Assembly: GCA_964607245.1 (NCBI GenBank)
Contig: CAZSIB010000005.1
Location: forward strand, 43,203 to 107,202
Origin: an uncultured Pseudobdellovibrionaceae bacterium
GTDB lineage: Bacteria; Pseudomonadota; Alphaproteobacteria; Micavibrionales; Micavibrionaceae
Direction: 5' to 3'
Length of the DNA stretch: 64,000 nt
Positions 1-7,694 of this stretch are shown in pieces (position 1 is the stretch's first letter; each line of letters opens with the position of its first letter). The position numbers and the translations under genes are program-made. A model generated the notes under the pieces. The model was not told where the DNA came from and searched no databases. It worked only from the letters and a program-made list of their open reading frames with translations.

Positions 1-212
1 AGCGCAAAAATTTCACCGCGCTTTTTATATGCGCCCACGGCCTTTTTCGGGGTCGAGAGGATATAGCACACGTTCTTGTCTCCTTCGGTAAAGGAATAGG
101 CCGACCAATCGCCATGCGTGGCAATCAATTTGGGCTCGCTCGATTGGGCCTGAGCGGCGCACGCCGTGCAGATAAAACAGGTGACCAGAAAAAAATAACG
201 GAGCAGACGCAT
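1..212 (-). CDS. IalB-like (invasion-associated locus B family) secreted protein, N-terminal fragment; the gene runs off the left edge
   Basis: Own minus-strand translation from the ATG at 212: MRLLRYFFLVTCFICTACAAQAQSSEPKLIATHGDWSAYSFTEGDKNVCYILSTPKKAVGAYKKRGEIFA... It has a signal peptide followed by a GDW.AY...G.K.CY..S.PKK pattern, as I recall for alphaproteobacterial IalB-family proteins. A purine-rich SD-like GAAGGGA lies upstream. Confidence 0.6.
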   Translation of the reverse strand, partial: MRLLRYFFLVTCFICTACAAQAQSSEPKLIATHGDWSAYSFTEGDKNVCYILSTPKKAVGAYKKRGEIFA

Positions 213-338
213 GAACATTAATCCCTTCGTTCCTTTGGGAAAGCCGTAAATGGGCGAATCAACCCATGACATACGGGCTTATTTTACAATGATTTCTTCT
301 TGCTCGACAAGAGGACGGGGCTTTGTTAAATTCGTATT

Positions 339-653
339 ATGTCACAAAAATTTCAGCGCCGGATCGAAGATTTTACCTGTGGCCATTGTGGCCAGCATGT
401 CACTGGGAATGGGTATACAAATCATTGCCCCGCCTGCCTGTATTCACGGCATGTCGATATTTATCCGGGTGACCGCGCACAGAACTGCGGGGGGTTGATG
501 GCGCCCGTTGCGGTACATCAGGGACCGGATGGCTTTATCCTGACCCATCGATGCACGACATGCGGCGCGACCACACGGTGCCGGAGCGACGCAAACGACA
601 ATACCGAGATGATTTTGCGCGTTGCGCGTGAATCTGCGAGCTCAAGTTTTTAA
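339..653 (+). CDS. RNHCP domain-containing zinc-ribbon protein
   Basis: 104-aa ORF with CGHCG...TNHCPACLYSRHVD...C.G.M...C..CG. This is the Cys pattern and the (R/T)NHCP signature of the RNHCP domain family. Confidence 0.8.
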   Translation: MSQKFQRRIEDFTCGHCGQHVTGNGYTNHCPACLYSRHVDIYPGDRAQNCGGLMAPVAVHQGPDGFILTHRCTTCGATTRCRSDANDNTEMILRVARESASSSF

Positions 654-659
654 TGATAT

Positions 660-863
660 TTACTGAAGCGCGCGGCGCATACCGGATTGTGCAGCTTGGT
701 GACCCAACGACCGCATGTATTGCTGAAGCCCCGGCTCAACCTGGCCCCCAGGTTCAACTGGATCAGAATTATGACTAGATTGGCGCGCCGCCTGGCCATA
801 AACCGGCGTCAAGGGTTCGGCGGGTGGTGTGTAACGGCCTGATACTTTTGAAAAACTTGGCAT
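660..863 (-). CDS. Small hypothetical protein (67 aa, Pro/Gln-rich)
   Basis: The ORF is preceded by a strong GGAGG (plus-strand 870-874) 6 nt upstream of the ATG at 863. It lies downstream of, and co-oriented with, the gamma-CA-like gene. No recognisable domain. Confidence 0.4.
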   Translation of the reverse strand: MPSFSKVSGRYTPPAEPLTPVYGQAARQSSHNSDPVEPGGQVEPGLQQYMRSLGHQAAQSGMRRALQ

Positions 864-963
864 GCGAATCCTCCCCTGATTCGGTTGACCTGAATATAAT
901 GGTGCGCCAAACCAGAGTGAGATTGCAAAAAATTTCTGCAGCCCAGGTAAAAAAGAAATAATA

Positions 964-1497
964 TTACTTTACAGTTAGCCTGTATTCGGCGGCAAGCTCG
1001 GCATATTTCTGGGCCGAGACGGCGATCATCTCGCGGTCTTGGTCTGTCAAATCCCGTATATACCGTGCGGGCCGCCCGGCCCAAAGCTGCCCCGACGGGA
1101 CGATTTTTCCAGGGGTGACAAGCGCCCCCGCCGCGATGATCGTGTCATCGCCCACCTGGGCATCATCCATCACGCAAGCCTGCATCCCGACCAGAACGCG
1201 GTTGCCAATCGTGCAGGCGTGAAGAAGCGCACTGTGCCCCACGGTCACGTCATCCCCGACATAGGTCCCTTGCGTATAGGAGGACACATGAATAACGCTG
1301 CCGTCCTGAATATTCGTCCGGGTCCCAATGATGATATTGTTGACATCTCCGCGCACCGTGCACCCGTACCAGATGGACGACTCCGCCCCAACCACGACAT
1401 CGCCAATGATGGCGGCATTTTGGGCGACAAAAGCATCCGGGGCGATGACAGGGGTTTTCGTGCGGTAGGGGAGAAAAAGAGGCATGATGACCCCCAT
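964..1497 (-). CDS. Gamma-carbonic-anhydrase-like / hexapeptide-repeat (LbH) family protein
   Basis: VAQNAAIIGDVVVGAESSIWYGCTVRGDVNNIIIGTRTNIQDGSVIHV... is a left-handed beta-helix hexapeptide pattern typical of YrdA/PaaY/gamma-CA proteins. The start could be the internal MPLF at 1485. Confidence 0.85.
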   Translation of the reverse strand: MGVIMPLFLPYRTKTPVIAPDAFVAQNAAIIGDVVVGAESSIWYGCTVRGDVNNIIIGTRTNIQDGSVIHVSSYTQGTYVGDDVTVGHSALLHACTIGNRVLVGMQACVMDDAQVGDDTIIAAGALVTPGKIVPSGQLWAGRPARYIRDLTDQDREMIAVSAQKYAELAAEYRLTVK

Positions 1498-1514
1498 GTT
1501 AACAGACGCGCCCT

Positions 1515-1546
1515 AAAACAAAAGCCCCTTGGAGGAAGGGGCTTTT
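1515..1546 (-). terminator. Intrinsic terminator after the orphan ORF 1550-1918
   Basis: GCCCCTT-GGAGG-AAGGGGC hairpin (1524-1542). On the minus strand it is followed by TTTTGTTTT. Confidence 0.6.
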
Positions 1547-1549
1547 ATC

Positions 1550-1918
1550 TTATGCATCTAAGGATTGTTTCGGTCCTTTATAGACTCCTAGGAACCCATT
1601 CTGAACTAATGCCGAGCTAGGATCAAACTCCGTTGGCTCCAACAAAGTAGCTGAACCAGATACCTGAAGAAACCTTTGCGAGAAATCAAGATCGTCTTCA
1701 GTGAGTGTGTCGCATCCTTTGGGCGGTCCAAACAAAAAGTCAGAGTCTGATTCTGCGAAGTTTCTTTTAAGAGTGCCCGCGTCCAACGGATGATGTAAGT
1801 CCAAGTGGTCTCCGTTATAGTTGCTGATCCATTTAAATCCCTCCGGGACGGTCTGCCCATTAAAATGGATGGCCAGATCTAGAGCAGTCTGAATATTAGT
1901 TGGAATTTCTTGTTTCAT
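1550..1918 (-). CDS. Hypothetical protein (122 aa), orphan
   Basis: This is the internal ATG of the 223-aa track ORF. The ATG at 1918 is preceded by AGGAGAG. The longer N-terminal extension would read through the rpsI terminator hairpin. The region is visibly AT-richer than its flanks. No domain recognised. Confidence 0.55.
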   Translation of the reverse strand: MKQEIPTNIQTALDLAIHFNGQTVPEGFKWISNYNGDHLDLHHPLDAGTLKRNFAESDSDFLFGPPKGCDTLTEDDLDFSQRFLQVSGSATLLEPTEFDPSSALVQNGFLGVYKGPKQSLDA

Positions 1919-1974
1919 TTTTGATCTCTCCTGTTGTCTGTGGTGAACGTGTCGAAATATATCATAATCACTCA

Positions 1975-2005
1975 ATAAAAAAAGCCCCTTGGTCAAGGGG
2001 CTTTT
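1975..2005 (-). terminator. Intrinsic terminator after rpsI
   Basis: GCCCCTT-GGTC-AAGGGGC hairpin (1984-2001). On the minus strand it is followed by a T7 run. Confidence 0.65.
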
Positions 2006-2205
2006 GAGTATTAAGGGGTGAGTTTTTGCGCGGGAAGAGGGGGATAAGCATCCCCAATCCCGCACCCATCGCCCAGATGTTCGTCCATTCGCGCGGCGTC
2101 GTCTCCATCCCCCATGGTGCCAACAGGATCGGTCGTGACCGGTTGGAACATCTCGGCCAAATGTGCGCGAGCCAAAGGGGTGGAGGGTGTCGTCGCCATA
2201 ACGAA

Positions 2206-2697
2206 TTAACGCTTCGCCCACTGCTTGGAACGACGGGCCTTGTGCAGACCAACTTTTTTCCGTTCAACGGCACGCGCATCCCGGGTCAACATGCCAGCAG
2301 CCTTGAGGGCGCCGCGCAGATCCGGTTCATAGTTTTGAAGTGCGCGGGAAATGCCATGACGCACGGCGCCCGCTTGACCGGACAATCCGCCGCCGACAAC
2401 GGTTGCGACCACATCAAATTGGCCCAAACGATTGGCAACCAAGAAGGGTTGGTTCAAGACCAGCAAATGGGTCTGACGACCGAAATATTGCGCTTGATCC
2501 TTGCCGTTCACCACGATTTTGCCTTTGCCGGGTTTCACCCACACGCGGGCGACAGACTCTTTCCGGCGACCGGTGGCATAGGCGCGACCTTGTGCATCGC
2601 GTTTCGGTTCACGGACGATTTTGGCCGGTTCCGCGGAAACAGTCGTTGCTTTGGCTTGAGCCAAATCTGACAGAGCATTCATTTTTTGTTCGGTCAT
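2206..2697 (-). CDS. rpsI: 30S ribosomal protein S9
   Basis: C-terminal ...[29 protein letters not shown] and GGG.SGQAGA.RHGI.RAL are the S9 hallmarks. It sits immediately downstream of rplM. Confidence 0.95.
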   Translation of the reverse strand: MTEQKMNALSDLAQAKATTVSAEPAKIVREPKRDAQGRAYATGRRKESVARVWVKPGKGKIVVNGKDQAQYFGRQTHLLVLNQPFLVANRLGQFDVVATVVGGGLSGQAGAVRHGISRALQNYEPDLRGALKAAGMLTRDARAVERKKVGLHKARRSKQWAKR

Positions 2698-2702
2698 GTG
2701 AA

Positions 2703-3167
2703 TTAACCTCTTTTGTTTTTACGGTTCAACGCGGCAATATCCAGTTTTTCTGGATTTTGCGCGGTGTGGGGATGTTCGGTACCGGCATAAACGCGCAAGT
2801 TCCGCATCAGTTGACGACCCATCGGCCCACCGGGCAGCATGCGTTCGACAGCCTTTTCAATCAAACGTTGGGGGTGTTTGCCTTCCAGTGTTTGACGCGC
2901 AGTGCGTTCCTTGAGCCCACCGGGATAGCCCGTGTGCCAGTAAAATGTGGCTTGTTCCGCCTTGTTGTTGCCTTTCAGGGCAACTTTTTCGGCATTCACG
3001 ACAATAATATTGTCGCCCGTGTCAATATGCGGGGTAAAGGTCGCGCGGTGCTTGCCGCGCAGGCGCATCGCAAGAACAGAGGCCAGACGACCCAAGACCA
3101 AGTCTTGCGCGTCGACCAGCACCCATTTCTTATTTATTTCAGCCGGTTTGGCGGAATAGGTTTTCAT
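2703..3167 (-). CDS. rplM: 50S ribosomal protein L13
   Basis: [30 protein letters not shown]...YWHTGYPGG... is canonical L13. GAGGAA SD upstream. Confidence 0.95.
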   Translation of the reverse strand: MKTYSAKPAEINKKWVLVDAQDLVLGRLASVLAMRLRGKHRATFTPHIDTGDNIIVVNAEKVALKGNNKAEQATFYWHTGYPGGLKERTARQTLEGKHPQRLIEKAVERMLPGGPMGRQLMRNLRVYAGTEHPHTAQNPEKLDIAALNRKNKRG

Positions 3168-3342
3168 GTGTTTCCTCGTCGTTTTATAGTTTGGTTCGGG
3201 GTTTATACGAGAAACACACGATCAATACAAGAGAAATAATATACGGTACTATAATACCGTATATCAAGGGTGCAATTTACGATTTATTACGTATTTATCG
3301 CTATACTGGTTTCAACATCGGCCATAAAACAAGGGGGAGCAC

Positions 3343-3598
3343 ATGACAGAACCAGTTCAAGAGACAGCGAAAACGCCGAAAGTTAATACCAAACCGGGTG
3401 AGTGTGGCGTGATCAAGCGCCTTTTTAGAAGTGAATGCAATGCGCCAAATTAGAAGTGAATGCAATGCGCCAAAACCTGTCGCGGCGGCACCCGCCCAAG
3501 AAGGGGATTTAGATGCAGGGGCAGCAGCTATAAAAGACAGAAGAACGAGTAAAGAAATGACAGCAGACCAAAAGGCAGCTCAACTCCTTGGCATTTAA
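3343..3598 (+). pseudogene. Small ORF (about 76 aa if intact) truncated to 36 codons by a 25-bp tandem duplication
   Basis: The ATG at 3343 is preceded by AAGGGGGAG. As written, the frame stops at TAG 3451-3453, inside the second repeat copy. Deleting one 25-bp copy gives an uninterrupted frame to TAA 3596-3598 (...RLFRSECNAPKPVAAAPAQEGDLDAGAAAIKDRRTSKEMTADQKAAQLLGI). Confidence 0.4.
3425..3474. repeat. Perfect 25-bp tandem duplication (2 x TTAGAAGTGAATGCAATGCGCCAAA)
   Basis: Read directly from the sequence: 3425-3449 is identical to 3450-3474. Confidence 0.95.
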
Positions 3599-3694
3599 AT
3601 AGTAGCCGCCGCTCTCATTTACTGGTAAACTGGGGCTCTCGGATCCTTTTCAGGGGTCCGTCTTTATTCAGACCTTCCTTGACCGGATACCCCC

Positions 3695-4327
3695 ATGCCC
3701 CATCAGACGTCCTCCAAAATTGTTGCGCTCCTCGCGCTTTTGTCCCTGTCCGCATGTTCGGGGGCCTACTCGCCCGATACCTATACCTATCCGACAGGAT
3801 ATGCGCATCACGACACGACCCCGATTTCCAGTCCGCATGGGTACAAGAAAACCATCACAGAAGAGATGGCGATCAAGGCCGAGATCGACGGCAATGCCGC
3901 CGCCTGGCGCGATGGTCTGGCCCAGGTTTTGATGCCCATTGCCCCGGCGCTTGATATGAACACACCCGTGGCTGTGCGGGCCGTGCCGGCGCTCACCCCC
4001 ATGAACGCCTCGGCGGCCAATTATTTACGCGATCTGTTGATTGATATGAGTTATTTAACGGCACTTGAGGGGGAAACCGATCAGGTGGTGGTGATTCAGG
4101 CGGCTCAGTCGGCCGAAAAAACAACACCCACCAGTGCTGACGTCACGCTTCAGGTCTGGCGCGGGGTGAATAAACTTGCAGAACAGGCCGGAAAAATTGC
4201 AACGCCATATCAAGATCTCCCGCTTTTACCGCGCTTGCCGGGTCTCTCCCATATCCCGACACAAGGCCCGGTCGAGGGCGCAGATCAGCGCTTGTGGGGT
4301 CATTTGAACGAACAGGATCCCCAATGA
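3695..4327 (+). CDS. Hypothetical lipoprotein
   Basis: N-terminus ...KIVALLALLSLSAC has a lipobox (LSAC). No domain recognised. The stop overlaps the next start (ATGA). Confidence 0.65.
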   Translation: MPHQTSSKIVALLALLSLSACSGAYSPDTYTYPTGYAHHDTTPISSPHGYKKTITEEMAIKAEIDGNAAAWRDGLAQVLMPIAPALDMNTPVAVRAVPALTPMNASAANYLRDLLIDMSYLTALEGETDQVVVIQAAQSAEKTTPTSADVTLQVWRGVNKLAEQAGKIATPYQDLPLLPRLPGLSHIPTQGPVEGADQRLWGHLNEQDPQ

Positions 4328-4974
4328 TACGGGCGAAAAATTCTGTTTTTCTGGTGTTCGTTGCGCTGGTTCCGGTTCTCTCTGGGTGTGCCCAGGCGGG
4401 ACGGCAACTGGCGCATTTCCAAGATCTTTTTAACCCGCCGATCAACCTGACCGAATATAATTATGGCGCTGCCGATGTCTTGGCGTCTGAATCGAAATCG
4501 CATGTCACATTGAACACGCCCATCATGATTGGGGCGCTTCAACCCGTGAACCTCGCGCCCGGCGAGAAAATCCCGCCCTTTGGCAAGGTCAGCGCCGATC
4601 AAATCGGCGGGCGTTTGACGCAACTCGGGTATGATGTCCGCGATCAATCTCTGGGCGTTGCGGAATCGATGTCGATGAGCGAACGCGCACATTTGGACCG
4701 GGCGCGGGATTCGGGGGCCGAGGCCGTAATCACCGGAAGCTATACGATCAGCACCTATGACATCTTGGTGAATTTACGCCTGACACGGGTAACTGACGGG
4801 CGCGTTTTGGCGGCAACTGACTATCGCCTGCCGTTGGGCAGCGATACCTATAAATTGATTGGTCGCGACCCGTTTTTCAGTGTTCCGGCGCCCAAGAACA
4901 ATCCGGATGCGCGGGTTACAGGCGCGCCGCTTGCGACACATCGCAGCCCGGTCGATATCTTGCCATTGAATTAA
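4324..4974 (+). CDS. Lipoprotein; the C-terminal domain is possibly FlgO/LpoB-like (TolB-N-type alpha/beta fold)
   Basis: Internal start MIRAKNSVFLVFVALVPVLSGC has a lipobox (LSGC). ATG 4324 overlaps the upstream TGA. The pattern ...AVITGSYTISTYDILVNLRLTRVTDGRVLAATDYRLPL resembles FlgO/LpoB-type lipoproteins, but the functional call has low confidence. Confidence 0.6.
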   Translation: MIRAKNSVFLVFVALVPVLSGCAQAGRQLAHFQDLFNPPINLTEYNYGAADVLASESKSHVTLNTPIMIGALQPVNLAPGEKIPPFGKVSADQIGGRLTQLGYDVRDQSLGVAESMSMSERAHLDRARDSGAEAVITGSYTISTYDILVNLRLTRVTDGRVLAATDYRLPLGSDTYKLIGRDPFFSVPAPKNNPDARVTGAPLATHRSPVDILPLN

Positions 4975-4978
4975 AGGG

Positions 4979-5701
4979 TTAAACGATTCGGTGTGTGGGC
5001 GCAGCGTGCACGCTGGGGTGCATCAGAATTGTTTCGCCGGCCCGCACGTGGTGCCCGGTGGGTTTCAACAGGGCACTGCCTTCTTTTAAATAAAGATTCG
5101 CGCGGGCGGTCACAAGGATCACACCCAACCGATCACCCGCATTCACGATATCCCCTTGTTTGACCGCCAGATGGATTTGACGGGGGATCAGGGGGGCATC
5201 GAGGACAAGGGCGGTTTCGGTTCCGTCGTGTCCTGCAAATAAAATCGCGACCCCGTCCATTTGCGACCACATATTGGGGAAGGTGGTCGATTTCTGATCT
5301 TGTGTGTCCGGTGTAAAGCGCAAGATTTCCTGGATGGTACCTGTGGCGGGCGCACGGAAAACACGGCCGCCGCATAAGGTCGGGGTAAAATCAAGGCGCA
5401 TGAAATGTTCAGCCTGATCCTTGGCTTGATCAAAGGAAAGGGGGAGACCAAGTTCGCGGGTGAGGGCTGTAAATGCGCTATCCATCGGCGCAATGACGCT
5501 TCCGGCGATATCGGGCACCGCGCGGGGCGGATCCATATAGGCGCGGATGGCCCAGCAGGTGAGTACCAGAGACACGGCAAAAAGCGTTGTCGATAAAAAT
5601 CCAAAAATAACCGTCATGGCCATCAGGCACAGCAACACAAAAGGTGCGGGCGGAATGGGCGGATAAAAACGGGACAGATCAAAAGACGATGATGAGATCA
5701 T
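4979..5701 (-). CDS. Short-form phosphatidylserine-decarboxylase-like membrane protein (expected G-S cleavage motif not found)
   Basis: It has N-terminal TM segments, then Y.DP.R..P......VIAP.D, and a C-terminal ...NAGDRLG...AGETIL barrel. This is the architecture I recall for short alphaproteobacterial Psd. The position expected to hold FGS reads VTA. Confidence 0.55.
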   Translation of the reverse strand: MISSSSFDLSRFYPPIPPAPFVLLCLMAMTVIFGFLSTTLFAVSLVLTCWAIRAYMDPPRAVPDIAGSVIAPMDSAFTALTRELGLPLSFDQAKDQAEHFMRLDFTPTLCGGRVFRAPATGTIQEILRFTPDTQDQKSTTFPNMWSQMDGVAILFAGHDGTETALVLDAPLIPRQIHLAVKQGDIVNAGDRLGVILVTARANLYLKEGSALLKPTGHHVRAGETILMHPSVHAAPTHRIV

Positions 5702-5744
5702 AGAACAATCCTACGTGATCCGAGTTTTGTACTCAATATCCATC

Positions 5745-6158
5745 TTAGGCGAGGGCGCAGGCGGTCTGGACCGCGGCGGCGGCATATTTTCTGGCGGTAT
5801 AGGCGCGGAGATCCACGATATCCCGCAATCCCTCGATTGCCTTTGAAAATGCCGTATAGCGGGCGGTAAAATCCGTCAAGGGTTGAACGGCAGCATCACC
5901 TATTCTTCCCATTTGGACGCGCAAATGTTCATAGTGTGTGTTGAGTAAAGGCAAGCACGCTTCGGCGGCGTCTGCAACACGCAACAGATCGTCATCGGGT
6001 AAGCGATGTTCTGGGACCCATAGGGGGACACCGTTTCGCGTATATCCAGCGTCATGAATTCTCCGGTTAAGGGCACGAATGGGCTCAAGGGCTGCCGTAT
6101 AGGCGTCGGGGTTCATATAGGGATTGATTGCCCCAAGGATTTGATCAAAATCAGGCAT
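5745..6158 (-). CDS. Hypothetical protein (137 aa)
   Basis: The internal ATG at 6158 (MPDFDQILG...) was chosen because the longer 197-aa version would be translated through the ftsA terminator hairpin. No clear SD and no domain recognised. Confidence 0.45.
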   Translation of the reverse strand: MPDFDQILGAINPYMNPDAYTAALEPIRALNRRIHDAGYTRNGVPLWVPEHRLPDDDLLRVADAAEACLPLLNTHYEHLRVQMGRIGDAAVQPLTDFTARYTAFSKAIEGLRDIVDLRAYTARKYAAAAVQTACALA

Positions 6159-6174
6159 ACAGGCTGTGAAGGCA

Positions 6175-6199
6175 TAAAAAAAAGGCTGGATATCCAGCC
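6175..6199 (-). terminator. Intrinsic terminator after ftsA
   Basis: Perfect palindrome GGCTGGATATCCAGCC (6184-6199). On the minus strand it is followed by a T8 run. Confidence 0.65.
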
Positions 6200-6368
6200 T
6201 TTTGCGACGGTCAATGTTTTTTGGGGAGTTGGGTTTTGTGGCACGAAAAATCCCGGAAAGACGGGGTAAAACACGGTCGTCGCATTCACGATTTTTCCAG
6301 TTAAGTGTCATTTGATGATCTCCTTTTTCTGGAACCAAAGAATGGACATGATTCGGGTTTTTTGTCGA

Positions 6369-7640
6369 TCACCAATTTTCTTTAAGCCACAATTTGATCC
6401 GGTCAACCATGGGCATCGCATTGGCTTCGGCCAGGATCAGGCGCGGCATTTCATGTTCGCGGGTGGTGGCATAGGTTAAAAGTCCGGCCGTCGTGGCAAA
6501 GGCGGGGCCCGAGACCGCTTCGGCCAGGCCCGAGACGCGAATGGGGCGGCCCAACCGCACTTGTTTGTTTAAAATCAACTGGGTCAGTTCGCGTAAGCCC
6601 GGCATCTGGCAGGCCCCACCAGTTAAAACCACGCGCCGGCCGATCAAGGGTCCCAAGCCGCTGTCATTCATTTTGGTGCGGATCATCTCCATGGTTTCTT
6701 CGAGGCGCGGCTGAATCACGCCGACTAAAAGGGAGCGTGGCACATGGTTCGGGCTGTGTTGGTCTTCTTCTTCGCCCAAGGGAGGAACATCGAGCAATTC
6801 ATGGTCGTCGCTTGCACTTGCCATCGCGCTACCGTAAAGGGTTTTAATGCGTTCGGCCGCCGCAAAAGATGTGGTGAGGCCCCGGGCGATATCATTTGTC
6901 ACATGTTGGCCGCCAATGGGGACCGCATCGGCATATTGTAATGCGCCGCCTTGAAACACGGCAAAGGACGTGACGCCGCCGCCCATATCAATGACCGTGC
7001 ACCCCAAATCCATTTCATCATCGACAATCGACGCAAGTCCGGCGGCATAGGCCGACAGTCCAATGGACTGGACGTCGAGATAAGAACGTTCAATGCATCC
7101 CGATAAATTCCGAAGGGCACTTAAGGATCCGGTGACCAAATGGGCACCCACGCGCAAATGCGTGCCGTACATGCCGCGCGGGTCGCGAATCCCTTCGTGC
7201 CCATCAATCGCGTAACGTGTGGGGATTGTATGGATCAGTTCCGTATCGGGTTTAAGGGCGAATTCCTGGGCTTTTGACAGCGCGCGGTTGATATCGTTGC
7301 CGGTGACTTCATGCCCCGAGATTTGAATATCGACCTGAACCATATGCGAATGCGCGTGGTTTCCGGGCAAGTTCACGACAACATCACGCAAGGGAAATCC
7401 ATGGATCACGTCGGCCGCCATGTTTTCGGCGGCATGCACGGCTTGGCGGATGGCCCCTTCGGCGGCGTCCGCGTCGACAATCGTTCCGGTCTTAATCCCG
7501 CGGGACGCCTGGTGGCCGATTCCGATGATCTCCACCTGGCCGCTGTCGCCCATGACCCGACCAATAAAGCAGGCGATCTTGGTGCTGCCCAGATCCAGGG
7601 CGGCGACAAGGGCACCTTTTTGTTTTGGCTTATGTTTCAT
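6369..7640 (-). CDS. ftsA: Cell division protein FtsA
   Basis: Actin-fold motifs LDLGSTKI..., IDMGGGVT, VLTGGACQMPGL, and a C-terminal amphipathic helix ...VDRIKLWLKENW. Confidence 0.9.
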   Translation of the reverse strand: MKHKPKQKGALVAALDLGSTKIACFIGRVMGDSGQVEIIGIGHQASRGIKTGTIVDADAAEGAIRQAVHAAENMAADVIHGFPLRDVVVNLPGNHAHSHMVQVDIQISGHEVTGNDINRALSKAQEFALKPDTELIHTIPTRYAIDGHEGIRDPRGMYGTHLRVGAHLVTGSLSALRNLSGCIERSYLDVQSIGLSAYAAGLASIVDDEMDLGCTVIDMGGGVTSFAVFQGGALQYADAVPIGGQHVTNDIARGLTTSFAAAERIKTLYGSAMASASDDHELLDVPPLGEEEDQHSPNHVPRSLLVGVIQPRLEETMEMIRTKMNDSGLGPLIGRRVVLTGGACQMPGLRELTQLILNKQVRLGRPIRVSGLAEAVSGPAFATTAGLLTYATTREHEMPRLILAEANAMPMVDRIKLWLKENW

Positions 7641-7694
7641 GGCACGGTCACGTTATACCAAATTCGTCAGAGAATCACTATACGCATTCTTTGG

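Noticed and set aside
5745-6338. The long (197-aa) version of the ORF downstream of ftsA.
   Set aside because: It would be translated straight through the GGCTGGATATCCAGCC plus T8 terminator (giving ...KRLDIQPFF...). The internal start at 6158 lies just past the terminator.
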